DNA of 64,000 nt from Poseidonia sp. GTDB taxonomy: Archaea; Thermoplasmatota; Poseidoniia; Poseidoniales; Poseidoniaceae. Each line of letters starts with the position of its first letter. The stretch's first letter is position 1. Position numbers and translations under genes: made by a program. The stretch spans positions 972 to 64,971 of the forward strand of contig JAUREO010000003.1 of the NCBI GenBank assembly GCA_030827365.1, in the 5' to 3' direction. Below, piece after piece: positions 43,180 through 53,081 of the stretch. The notes beneath the pieces were generated by a model. It saw nothing but the letters and a program-made list of their open reading frames with translations, was not told the origin of the DNA and did not search any database.

Positions 43180-45240
43180 ATGCCTTCAAAACAGCAACCA
43201 CAAGGAACAAAGCAATCGAACAAATTCAGAAGATTACGGGCCATTGGCGTCGTGGCACTGATATGTGCTACAGCCTTGAATTCGTACTTCCTCTTGAACA
43301 AAGATGAATCGCAAGGTGATGTCGTCCATCAAACATTAATGACCACTTCTGAACATTTTGAGAACATTTCACCTTGTGTTGAAGGTGGTGAGATGATTCA
43401 CATTGGTTTCGATAGCGATGAAAATGGTCGACTCGATGACAATGAAATCGATTCCTCGACCCTCTTGTGCCATGGATTTCAAGGCCTGAGTGGGCCGCAG
43501 GGACAGCCCGGTCTCAAAGGAGGAGATGGTCACATCGCACTTCTTGATGTCAAACAACTGAATCAGACATCAACACAATGCAATGGTGATGGAATTCAAT
43601 TTTCTTCAGGTCTTGACCTTGACCATAACGGGATGCTCGAAGAAATCGAAGTGGTTTCCTCTTCGGTCCTCTGCAATGGGAGTATCGGCCTTGATGGAGT
43701 GTCAGGAACGAACGGGAGCAATGGGTTTTCTGCACTTGTCGAACAAATGCAGCCACCCGAGTGGTTGTGCAACCGCGGCATTATGGTCGCTTTTGGCATC
43801 GATGATGGAGGTAGCGAGGGTCAATCGAACGATGGCATGTTGCATGAATCTGAAATCCGAGATTGGCTCAATTTGTGTTTCGACGATAACGAACCTCAAC
43901 GCAGAACTGATATTGTGGCTGGAACAAGTGATTCATTTTCTTTAAATTGTGCCAAACTGACCCACCTCGAGCAAAGCCCACATGTGTTGTTTTCAGCGGT
44001 TGACGGCACCTTAGGATGTGAACTGCACCGATTCGACTTGGGTTCCAACACCACAAGTCTCGTGTTTGACCTGAACCCGAGTGGAGATAGTTTTCCAGGT
44101 CGCAACTTTGGGTTTACAAGTACACAGGCAGATTCTTGGGTCTACTTTGATGCCAACAGCGGTTCGCAAGAACAAATGTGGGCTGTTCATCCGCAAAACT
44201 GGACGATGGTCCCTGTCCTTGATGCTACGCTTCGCCAACCGTTCGTTTGGTCCGATGGCGTGGTAATGTGGAACCAGTCCAACCACATTTCTTGGATCAA
44301 TGCTACATCATTAAAACCAATCACAGAAGCAATGCACCAAAGTTCCTTGTCGGATATCGTGATGGTTCGAGATCATCTCACGAACCTCGGGGAATTTTTT
44401 GCACTCGTATTCGAATCGACTCTCTACATGAGTGCCTTGCTCGATGGTGCTACTCAAGTTGTTGTTGCTATCGATGATGATCTTCGAATGTGGAATATTC
44501 CTTCCGAGAGCAATACGGTTCTTTCGATGCCGACAAGAACTCAAGAAGGTACGGCATTTATCGCAACACAAGGCGGTGACAAGCAAATCCTTCATCTGCT
44601 CGATGATGGTGGATACTTGTGGCTTACCGACCTCGAATACGATGGTCCAGATACGACCCTAGAGCATCTTGGCGACAACATTGGACTCAACTATATCGAT
44701 GAGCGAATCGTGTTTGATGCTGTGACCGAAGGCATTGATGCAATGCTCTACTATGTGGATTTGAATTCCCTTGAAGTAGGCCTTCTTTCGACAGAATTGC
44801 TTGCGGTGGGCGAGCAAACGGGTAGTGAACGAATTGACGACACCATCTTTTTCGATTGTGTATCTGCTGCATACGGTCATGAGTTGTGTCAAACTGATGG
44901 CACATCAGAAGGAACATCGGTCATAGATACCCTCAGGCCAGGGTTTCAATCCTCCCAGCCAAAACATGTTGGGCTCGTGGGTGGTCAAGTGATTCTACTC
45001 GCTCATGGACTCGATGCTTCAACATACCATGCTTCATCCCTTTGGATGTTGAAAAATGGCATTCCAACACTCTTGTTCAATCCGTATCTTGGTGCTTCAA
45101 ACGATGCTCAATCAGGCATGTATGGCGAACTTGTGATTTCATCAACGCATCTATTTTTCATCGCACAAGACGGAAATCAAGGTCACGAATTGTTTGTGTG
45201 GAATTTACTCGAATATGATGAGCAGTGGCTTTTCATTTAG
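43180..45240 (+). CDS. Membrane-anchored surface protein: EF-hand-like/collagen-like modules plus ELWxxDGT-type repeats
   Basis: N-terminal anchor RRLRAIGVVALICATALNSYFLL. GXY tracts GFQGLSGPQGQPGLKGGDG and GSIGLDGVSGTNGSNG. C-terminal GHELCQTDGTSEGTSVIDTLRPGFQSSQP and GHELFVWN. Confidence 0.7.
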   Translation: MPSKQQPQGTKQSNKFRRLRAIGVVALICATALNSYFLLNKDESQGDVVHQTLMTTSEHFENISPCVEGGEMIHIGFDSDENGRLDDNEIDSSTLLCHGFQGLSGPQGQPGLKGGDGHIALLDVKQLNQTSTQCNGDGIQFSSGLDLDHNGMLEEIEVVSSSVLCNGSIGLDGVSGTNGSNGFSALVEQMQPPEWLCNRGIMVAFGIDDGGSEGQSNDGMLHESEIRDWLNLCFDDNEPQRRTDIVAGTSDSFSLNCAKLTHLEQSPHVLFSAVDGTLGCELHRFDLGSNTTSLVFDLNPSGDSFPGRNFGFTSTQADSWVYFDANSGSQEQMWAVHPQNWTMVPVLDATLRQPFVWSDGVVMWNQSNHISWINATSLKPITEAMHQSSLSDIVMVRDHLTNLGEFFALVFESTLYMSALLDGATQVVVAIDDDLRMWNIPSESNTVLSMPTRTQEGTAFIATQGGDKQILHLLDDGGYLWLTDLEYDGPDTTLEHLGDNIGLNYIDERIVFDAVTEGIDAMLYYVDLNSLEVGLLSTELLAVGEQTGSERIDDTIFFDCVSAAYGHELCQTDGTSEGTSVIDTLRPGFQSSQPKHVGLVGGQVILLAHGLDASTYHASSLWMLKNGIPTLLFNPYLGASNDAQSGMYGELVISSTHLFFIAQDGNQGHELFVWNLLEYDEQWLFI

Positions 45241-46069
45241 GCGAAATAGGTTTGGACTCGGCACAATATAGGCACGATACACCAGCCTTGTAAGTTGCAT
45301 GCTGTTGTTCTTCTATCGTCAAAGGCGTTCGACAGGCAAAACATACGACTTCACCAGTTTCAATGAGGTCTGGATTGACAGCGACCCTTTGGTCAAACAC
45401 GAAGCAATTGCCCTTCCAGTGAGCACCACCAACCTCTTCGAAATATCCAAGAATACCACCTTTGAGTTGTCGAACATCTTTGAATCCAGCCTCGATCATA
45501 ATCGCACTTGCTTTTTCGCAACGAATGCCTCCTGTGCAAAACATCACGATGGGTTCGTCTTTCAATGATTCTGGAAGTTCTTGAATCGCTTTTGGAAAAT
45601 CTCGAAAGGATTCAATATTCAAATCAATGGCATGTTCAAAGGTTCCAATTTTCATCTCATAGATATTTCTCGTATCCAAGAGATTGACGTTCTTGTTACC
45701 ATCGAGAGCATCTTTGAGTTCGCTGGGTGTGATGCTGGGGCCAGTGAACTCAGCGGGTCGGATATCGTCCAACCCGACGCTGATAATTTCCTTTTTCTTC
45801 CTGACATTCATTCGATTAAACGGTTGGTAATCCGTCCACGATTTCTTGATTTGGATATCTCTCATCCGCTCATCTTGTTCAAGAAACGAAATGAAGTCAT
45901 TAATGGCTGGTTCAACCCCTGCAAGAAAAAAATTGATGCCTTCGTGGGCGATAAGGATGGTTCCTTTAAGATGTAGTCGTTGACATTTGTTTTGATATGG
46001 TTCGATAAGGTCATCTCGGTCAGGTAAGTCCACAAATCGATATCCTGCAATATTGAGAATGGGTTGCAT
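45233..46069 (-). CDS. trhO: Rhodanese-domain tRNA uridine(34) hydroxylase TrhO (YceA/UPF0176)
   Basis: IVMFCTGGIRCEKASA active-site loop and C-terminal Cys cluster. The start was set to ATG 46069, preceded by GAGGTGA (the track start GTG 46081 is part of that SD). Confidence 0.85.
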   Translation of the reverse strand: MQPILNIAGYRFVDLPDRDDLIEPYQNKCQRLHLKGTILIAHEGINFFLAGVEPAINDFISFLEQDERMRDIQIKKSWTDYQPFNRMNVRKKKEIISVGLDDIRPAEFTGPSITPSELKDALDGNKNVNLLDTRNIYEMKIGTFEHAIDLNIESFRDFPKAIQELPESLKDEPIVMFCTGGIRCEKASAIMIEAGFKDVRQLKGGILGYFEEVGGAHWKGNCFVFDQRVAVNPDLIETGEVVCFACRTPLTIEEQQHATYKAGVSCLYCAESKPISPK

Positions 46070-46084
46070 CACGGCATTCACCTC

Positions 46085-47857
46085 TCACATTCGTTGCCTA
46101 TGCTCACTTCTCCATTCGTGGTTTGAAGCGAGTGGCCGTCGCCATCCTTGACCGAAAGCTCTGGAACTCACTCGCGGGGCAGGTGCCATCTGCCACCGTT
46201 TGTGTTCATTGCGTTCAAGACGAACGAGCACATCAAGCACAATGTCCTCATTATAACCGATTGAGACCAGTTCCTCTTGCGATGCTCCTTGCTCAATATG
46301 ATGTCGTAGAATAGCATCGAGAAGGGGGTAGGGTGGCAAAGTATCCTCGTCTTTTTGGTCAACATCAAGTTCAGCGGAAGGTGGTTTTGTCAACGTCCCT
46401 TGGGAGACTGGTGGAGTTTTTCCGTGTTCAGTGGCGTACTGATTGAACCATTCTGCAATGGCATACACTTCCATTTTGTAAACATCGCCAAGGGGACAAT
46501 ACCCCCCTGCCATATCTCCATACAATGTACAGTAGCCTTGTGCTATTTCGGATTTATTGCCTGTGCTAATTGCCATGTAGCCCTTTGAATTTGCATAACC
46601 CATCACGATGAGTGCCCTCAGTCTTGCTTGGATATTTTCGCCAGCGACGGCGTTACCTTGTGCAAGTTGTTGCCCGATGGTGTCTTCTGCAGCATTGTGC
46701 AATTCCTCGATTGAATGGGTGATGTAGGTAATACCGAGAGCTGTTGCTGTATGCTCGGCGTCAGATTTCGAATGTTCGGAAGAAAAACGGCTCGGCATCG
46801 ATATACCGATGACTCGCTCCGAGCCGAGGGCGTTCTGTGCAATACAGGCCGCAACTGCGGAGTCAATTCCTCCGGAGAGTCCGAGAACAATGCCATTGAT
46901 ACTTGACTTACGGCAATAATCTGCTAATCCTGTTGTCACGGCTTCAACCACCTCGTGTATTTCGTTGGCTACAACCCCACTTTCTTTGGTCTCAACTTTC
47001 TGAGGTTGAAGTCGATGACCAATGAGTAACGCACCCTCGTAGTCAGCATCGACCCATTGACATGCATCTGGGTTGGCAAGGTCAACGAGCAATACGCCCT
47101 CCCGCCAAGCGGGAGCGACCACGATTGTTCCATCTGGCCAAGCGACCATTGAACGGCCATCGAAAAGCAGATCGTCGTTTCCACCAACTTGATTGGCGAG
47201 CAAAAATGGATGACCCAAGGTTTTGGCAGCATTTCGACATACTTTGATTCGAGTCGTGCCTTTGTGTTGATGGTATGGCGAAGCGGAAAGATTGACAGTC
47301 GCATGGAGGTCGACACCTTGTCGAATAAACTGCGAAAGATGTTCGATCGGGTCAGAGGCATACGCCGATGGTGTGAGACCTGCAGATTGCCACGCGTCCT
47401 CACATATCGTGACACCAAGGTCAAAACCACCGAGTGAACGAACCAAGGATGTTCGAGCATCTGCATCAAAGTACCTCGCCTCATCAAAAACATCGTAGGT
47501 GGGAAGAAGTTGTTTGTGGGCGACAATTGAAGTAGCCTGAAGTGAGGAGGGCGTTTGTGGTTCGGCTTTGACTACGCCATTGGTTGGTTTCTTTCGTTCA
47601 TGTTCTGGTGGGATGGGCGTGCCAATCAACATAGGAATTGCAGGTTTGGATTGCTTTGCGATGTCGAATGCGGATTGTACAAATTCGGGTTCAAGAAGTA
47701 AGTCCCGAGGTGGGTATCCACAAATAGCTAACTCGGTTGAAACAGCAAGTGTGGCACCATGGCTTAGAGCCATTTTGGAAAGCTGCATTAACTTCGATTG
47801 GTTGGCGTATAGGTCACCAATTGTAGCATCCATTTGCAGAAGTGCAATCATGGACAT
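46085..47857 (-). CDS. nadE: Glutamine-dependent NAD+ synthetase (CN-hydrolase plus NAD synthetase domains)
   Basis: N-terminal nitrilase-like domain (AVSTELAICGYPPRDLL) and PP-loop GLSGGIDSAV. 590 aa. Confidence 0.9.
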   Translation of the reverse strand: MSMIALLQMDATIGDLYANQSKLMQLSKMALSHGATLAVSTELAICGYPPRDLLLEPEFVQSAFDIAKQSKPAIPMLIGTPIPPEHERKKPTNGVVKAEPQTPSSLQATSIVAHKQLLPTYDVFDEARYFDADARTSLVRSLGGFDLGVTICEDAWQSAGLTPSAYASDPIEHLSQFIRQGVDLHATVNLSASPYHQHKGTTRIKVCRNAAKTLGHPFLLANQVGGNDDLLFDGRSMVAWPDGTIVVAPAWREGVLLVDLANPDACQWVDADYEGALLIGHRLQPQKVETKESGVVANEIHEVVEAVTTGLADYCRKSSINGIVLGLSGGIDSAVAACIAQNALGSERVIGISMPSRFSSEHSKSDAEHTATALGITYITHSIEELHNAAEDTIGQQLAQGNAVAGENIQARLRALIVMGYANSKGYMAISTGNKSEIAQGYCTLYGDMAGGYCPLGDVYKMEVYAIAEWFNQYATEHGKTPPVSQGTLTKPPSAELDVDQKDEDTLPPYPLLDAILRHHIEQGASQEELVSIGYNEDIVLDVLVRLERNEHKRWQMAPAPRVSSRAFGQGWRRPLASNHEWRSEHRQRM

Positions 47858-47881
47858 CCTGACACCTCATTTTTGCCAGTC

Positions 47882-50800
47882 TTAGGGGTGTTTTACAATG
47901 TTACCATCTGCGTCTTTGTACCACCATTCATTGCTCTCTTTGTCGTGATACCACCAATAACCGTCGGCCCCCATGACCCAATCGGTCTCTTCTGTTTGAG
48001 TTTCGATAGCATTGCTTGCCGTTGATGCCACTGAAATCTTTGGCACTTCCTTACGATTACTCATCTCTTCAAATCGCTCTTCATCGATGTCGTCTTCCTC
48101 TGCATATTCTGAAGAATATTCATCCCAATCGTAGGCTTCCTTTGAGCCCCTATTGCCTGTCAATCGAATTAGCCAAATCAAACTGGTGAGAAGAATTCCA
48201 ATGAAGAGAAGAGCAGCAATTGACCCAAGAACTGGGTTCGCATCACCAAACACTTTCTCACTAAGGGTGAGTTCTTCAGGAACTCTTGCATCAATGGTTG
48301 GTCCACTGGCACGTGCACCGTTTTCAAGTTCAACCTCAATCCATTGTACTCCTGGGCGTTCAGGGGCCCAATCAAGTGTCGTTGAAGCCACTCCGCCTTC
48401 AGGGACAAACACCTTCACTCGTTGCAAGAGTGCACTTGTGCCATCTAGTTCAATCCAATAGATGTTCAATTCGACTTCGCCATCCAAGGTACCACTGTTT
48501 GATACTTCAACGGTCACAGCAGTTGTTTGGGCAACATCGACGAGATACCTTGAGTAGACAATACCTGCTGAATCAATTTCAAACTCAGGTTGCAACCACT
48601 CCATATTCCATGTTTGAATAGGTTGACCTGCGGCTTTACCTCCAATGCCAATCACATTGTTGCCGGCAAGATCTCTACCTTCGAGATAAAGATGGACGAC
48701 GAGCCTGTCAATGAGCATATCGCGTGAAATTTCAGAGAGATTGAAACTTGACGATAACTCGAGCAATAAGCCGTCTGGGAACTCGCTTTCAAGAATCAAG
48801 GGTTCAACGCCGTCCCTGAGCACTTTTCCTGTTTCAAAGTCGGCAACTTCCCAACGAATTTGTAAGGATTGAACATCAAGGCCACCAATTTCGTTGACCG
48901 TCAAGAGGACATCATGCTCACTTGCAGACAAAATAGCTTGGGCTCGTGGAGAAAGCACTTCAACTGGTTCTGGCCCAATTCCATCAACAAGAATCCATTT
49001 GACCGAGGTTTCTTTTTCGGTCACATCTTGCCCTTGACCCTCAATGCAATCGACACCCCATGTCAAAGGAACTTCGCCAGAAGTCGGTGGTGCTGTTAAT
49101 TCAGTTGACCATATTCCATCCTTAGCAGTTGCAAGTATGGTACGTCCTGCGAAGAGGATATTCACATCACAATCAAACGCAGGAACAGAATTGGTTTCTG
49201 AAAAGACAAGCCCACCTGAAATTTCCATCGGGGTGTTTGGTACAACTCGTGCACCATCACCAAGGAATGAACCTGCTGATAGATAAAGTTGGACCGATTC
49301 TTCTGGAATCATCATGTTTGAAGAAAATCGCCATCGTTTCTCGGGGAAGGTACGAAGAACATCAAGTCCGCTTCGATCTTCAATTCGAATCGAGGGTTCA
49401 CGACGAGTTTCACCGAGGTCGGGGGTGCTCCAACTTAGGTGGAAATCGATGCTCAAAACCAAATCGGTTTCGTATGGCCCAGCCGTCGTTCCATCCTTGG
49501 CCTTCATTTCGCAATCGTCGATGATGAGATGAGGTGAAATCGTAGTGCAATTTCCTGTCTCAAAACTCCAAGCTATGGTCATAGAGTCGCTACCTTGATT
49601 GGAGGCAAGTGCAACCTCAACAATGGCAAGGTCGGAGGCCCCATTTGGCTCGTTGACATCAACATTGAGTGTGTATATTTCTTGGGGATGCAACCATGCT
49701 TTTCGTCCGCCATACCAGTTGAATGCATCAGGTTCGACTTTTGGTTGTGCTGATACACCTAATTGGTACATCATTAGATGTTGGTCATACTCTGGCCCCC
49801 CCGCCCCTTGTATTTGATAGCCGGAGGGGTCTGTTCCGGTGATGTAGACCGCTACTTTGTGGCCGAGTGCTCCTGATGTATCGTCAAGTTGCAAGGTGTA
49901 CAATCCTGTAAGTGCTGAGAGGTTGTAGGGTAAATTGAACGTCATTGGCACATATTCATCTTCATCTGGCCATCCATTCATGTTGTAATCGTTAAGCCAT
50001 TCTCTCCACACCATTGGTGTCACGTTAGTTGGAAGGACAGGTTGGTCACGGATGGTGACTTGTATGGTCTGAGTTGGACTTGGGGAACGGTATCCGTAGT
50101 GAGGTAGATTGGTTTCCATCACCTTAGGCCGAACCGAATCCACTGTGAAGGTTCTACTCATTTCCGAGGGCTGACCAATATGTGAGCCATTGAGTGAAAC
50201 CAACTTAACGGTCCAAACCACATCGGCGTAGGTGAATGGAATCGTGTCGGTATAATTCCAGTATGTACCATCAAGTTGTGTGGTATTAGCCACCAAAGTT
50301 TCGCCTCGCCACAATTGAACTTCTCCGAATCCAGCAGGGAAGGCATCTTCGGAGTTCACACCCTCAAATCCAATTTGAATGCTCAATTCAAGAGGTTCGC
50401 CACCCTTAAGGTATTGTTGGGTTGGTGGTGCAGGTCCGTCTGTTGTTGTATAAGATATTGAACGAATGAGCAAATCGTTTTCATAACCTTGGTCAGAGGC
50501 TGAACCCCATGTTTGGACGAATGGAATCGATGCAACACCATTTGACATGACAAGTCGTAAACTCGCACTCAACATCATTTCATCATCCCATGATGGAGCA
50601 ATTCGGAATGTAGCGGAACTGGTGACTTTTGTGCCATTGACGTCGTGAGTAAATTTGTTGAGTTCCGGAAGAAGAATAGCAGATGTATCTCCTACTTCCA
50701 AGGCTGGATTCCCATCCAGCTGATAGAGAACCGTAGCATGGTGCAAGGTTCCAAACACATCAAGACGAAGATATTGGATATTTCCACCAAGGACCGTGTA

Positions 50801-52972
50801 CTCAGTTTCAATCGTGTGCCAACGTTCACTCGGGGTCATGATGGCAACAGGTTCGTGCATTTGTCCATCAATCAATCTCACACTGCTCGATGTTTGAATA
50901 TTGTTCACACTTACACGAAGACCGCCTCTTGAATTGGCCACAAATGGCAAGGTAATCTCTTCATTTCCTCCGGTAGGCACGGAACCGTATCTTACTTCAT
51001 TCACACCCATGACAAACGATGAAGTTGGCCCAACATTGACCTGAGTCCGTGCATAATGTGGTGCGCTCAATCCTGCAAAGTTAACGATTCCAGAACCGAC
51101 AACTTCAACATCAACTTCAGCATACATTGTGCCAAGAACTTCCACAGATGATGAAAGTCCATACAAAGCAGATGTGATGGCAGCAAACTCCGTCTCGTTG
51201 AATTGAACAAGCCCATTGTGCACCCCTGTTCCATAACTTTTCGTGACAACGGTTTGACTTTGCACAGAGAAAACTAATGCTTCAACATGCCCAGTTGAAG
51301 CGACGAAAGAAAGCGATAGCGACTTCATTGTATCTCGTGGAGCCCAAAACGAGAAGGAACCCAGATTGCTGTTTGATACAGAAACTGTGTATGCAGTGTT
51401 CTTGTTCACGAACACATTCTGCCATCCCCACATTCCAACTCGTTCATCTCCACCTCCCCATTCAAATCGTCCATCGAGGCCGAGGTCAAGACCAGGAAGT
51501 GTTGGTTGCAATCCACCGTAGAATGAATGGTGAAGTTCGTTGATTTGCCAATTTCCTGTAGGCCCGCCGTTCGAGGATGAAATTCTGAACTGAACTCCAC
51601 TCATCTGGCCAGAGACATTGAAACTGTGTGGCAAGGTGATGTTACTCCAAGGCTCGGTCGGCTGTGTTCGATATTGAATCAAAGCATTCGAGGAAATCCC
51701 AGAAACTTGTCCTCCATAAAGTGGGGTATGAGAGAGGAACCAAGGTGAAATGAGTTCATCAGTTCCACCACCGGCAACTGAGTTAGTTGACGAACTGTAA
51801 ACACTGCCGTTGAGTTCCCAGCCTCGTAACTCAGGATTGGTGTAGAAATTTTCTTCGATGGTTCCGTCACCTGAAATGGAGTACAACGTCGGCATGCCAG
51901 ATGAGGAGCCGGTCAATTCGAGATGAAGTCTAAATTGTGAATAGGTCTCATGATCGATACCGCTCATTGGGATAACAAGCGTGTTCGAGCCTCGTAGACC
52001 AGGTATTGGCAATCCGCTTGCATCAACTACGGTCCAATTCAGATACGCACCTTGAGGAACATTGGCCTCCAAATACAATGGTGCGTATGTGTTTCTCGAC
52101 AAAACTTGTGTTGAGCCGGAGAGCCATCCAAGTGATGGACTCGTCCAGTTTGATTGCGGAGGGGATACGATGTGGACATCGTCAACAAACCAATAATCAC
52201 AACATGTACCACTGCCTGAGTTCTGATAGATTCGGAATTGAGAAGTGGAGTGAAGTGCTGCAGCTGGAAGAGTGTAGACTACATTCGTCACCGTACCACC
52301 AGAGGTTGAACCCATGAATGTTTGGAAGGTATTCCAAGAGTTTGAACTCGTTTTGTATTGTAGGTAAAGATCTTCATTGCTGTCCGGTTCTTCTCCGCAT
52401 CCGCTCGAACCTTGTCTTACCCATGCATGGAATGGAATGTTGCTTCCACCTGCAAGATTGATGGTGGGTGAGGTTGCATAGGATGAACCAGCATAGGTTC
52501 GAATTGAACCTCCAGAACTGCCGTTGAGTCCACAACTCGGTGATGTGACTTGTGCACCATATCCTGAGAACGTCCAGCCTTGAGCACCGTTGTTAAAATC
52601 CCACAAGGTTCCAGCAGAGGTTCCCGTCATGGTGTTTCCTTGAATGCTGACTCCGCCATTTGTCGCATCACTATGTGACCAAATACTGCTGTCGTCCCAT
52701 ACAAATCCGGAATGCATGGCCGTTGCGTATGGCTCGATTTCGAGGGATGCTGATGTAAGTGGTTCACCTTCAGGAAGGACCAACTTGAAATTTGTATTTG
52801 GTGAATTCGGATTGAGCGTCAATGAAGACGTTTGGCTTGAGGATGATTTTCCGATGGGTTGTTCATCACCGAGTGTGGTCATCGAGACCTGTTCGAAGAG
52901 CGCGACTTGTGAAGAAAACAAAAAGATGCTAACGAGCAAGAGTGCGTTTCTTGCTTGCGACCCACTCGCCAT
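47882..52972 (-). CDS. Giant surface protein (1696 aa), signal peptide, beta-rich ectodomain, single C-terminal TM and acidic W/Y-rich tail
   Basis: The start was set to ATG 52972 (MASGSQARNALLLVSIFLFSSQVALF). TM helix VLGSIAALLFIGILLTSLIWLI. Tail ...EEDDIDEERFEE...DGYWWYHDKESNEWWYKDADGNIVKHP. Confidence 0.85.
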   Translation of the reverse strand: MASGSQARNALLLVSIFLFSSQVALFEQVSMTTLGDEQPIGKSSSSQTSSLTLNPNSPNTNFKLVLPEGEPLTSASLEIEPYATAMHSGFVWDDSSIWSHSDATNGGVSIQGNTMTGTSAGTLWDFNNGAQGWTFSGYGAQVTSPSCGLNGSSGGSIRTYAGSSYATSPTINLAGGSNIPFHAWVRQGSSGCGEEPDSNEDLYLQYKTSSNSWNTFQTFMGSTSGGTVTNVVYTLPAAALHSTSQFRIYQNSGSGTCCDYWFVDDVHIVSPPQSNWTSPSLGWLSGSTQVLSRNTYAPLYLEANVPQGAYLNWTVVDASGLPIPGLRGSNTLVIPMSGIDHETYSQFRLHLELTGSSSGMPTLYSISGDGTIEENFYTNPELRGWELNGSVYSSSTNSVAGGGTDELISPWFLSHTPLYGGQVSGISSNALIQYRTQPTEPWSNITLPHSFNVSGQMSGVQFRISSSNGGPTGNWQINELHHSFYGGLQPTLPGLDLGLDGRFEWGGGDERVGMWGWQNVFVNKNTAYTVSVSNSNLGSFSFWAPRDTMKSLSLSFVASTGHVEALVFSVQSQTVVTKSYGTGVHNGLVQFNETEFAAITSALYGLSSSVEVLGTMYAEVDVEVVGSGIVNFAGLSAPHYARTQVNVGPTSSFVMGVNEVRYGSVPTGGNEEITLPFVANSRGGLRVSVNNIQTSSSVRLIDGQMHEPVAIMTPSERWHTIETEYTVLGGNIQYLRLDVFGTLHHATVLYQLDGNPALEVGDTSAILLPELNKFTHDVNGTKVTSSATFRIAPSWDDEMMLSASLRLVMSNGVASIPFVQTWGSASDQGYENDLLIRSISYTTTDGPAPPTQQYLKGGEPLELSIQIGFEGVNSEDAFPAGFGEVQLWRGETLVANTTQLDGTYWNYTDTIPFTYADVVWTVKLVSLNGSHIGQPSEMSRTFTVDSVRPKVMETNLPHYGYRSPSPTQTIQVTIRDQPVLPTNVTPMVWREWLNDYNMNGWPDEDEYVPMTFNLPYNLSALTGLYTLQLDDTSGALGHKVAVYITGTDPSGYQIQGAGGPEYDQHLMMYQLGVSAQPKVEPDAFNWYGGRKAWLHPQEIYTLNVDVNEPNGASDLAIVEVALASNQGSDSMTIAWSFETGNCTTISPHLIIDDCEMKAKDGTTAGPYETDLVLSIDFHLSWSTPDLGETRREPSIRIEDRSGLDVLRTFPEKRWRFSSNMMIPEESVQLYLSAGSFLGDGARVVPNTPMEISGGLVFSETNSVPAFDCDVNILFAGRTILATAKDGIWSTELTAPPTSGEVPLTWGVDCIEGQGQDVTEKETSVKWILVDGIGPEPVEVLSPRAQAILSASEHDVLLTVNEIGGLDVQSLQIRWEVADFETGKVLRDGVEPLILESEFPDGLLLELSSSFNLSEISRDMLIDRLVVHLYLEGRDLAGNNVIGIGGKAAGQPIQTWNMEWLQPEFEIDSAGIVYSRYLVDVAQTTAVTVEVSNSGTLDGEVELNIYWIELDGTSALLQRVKVFVPEGGVASTTLDWAPERPGVQWIEVELENGARASGPTIDARVPEELTLSEKVFGDANPVLGSIAALLFIGILLTSLIWLIRLTGNRGSKEAYDWDEYSSEYAEEDDIDEERFEEMSNRKEVPKISVASTASNAIETQTEETDWVMGADGYWWYHDKESNEWWYKDADGNIVKHP

Positions 52973-53081
52973 GTCATTGGCGTGAACTTTGAAGGTCTTG
53001 AATGAAACGCTTTTTCCAATTGGCCAAGTCTTTGGGTCGATTAGAGGAATTTTGAAGAAATCGGCTTTGTTGGCGTTCAAT

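Noticed and set aside
43399-43720. Collagen-like GXY tracts considered as a sign of eukaryotic or bacterial contamination, or of a chimeric assembly.
   Set aside because: The gene is contiguous with archaeal-type neighbours on both sides and has short intergenic distances. Its convergent 8-nt overlap with trhO also argues for a native locus.
46969-47526. 185-aa reverse-strand ORF in an alternative frame inside nadE. Similar alternative-frame ORFs occur inside ileS (53929..54390) and the 299-aa gene (32308..32892).
   Set aside because: All are nested in genes with strong family motifs in the annotated frame. None shows independent start signals or recognisable motifs.
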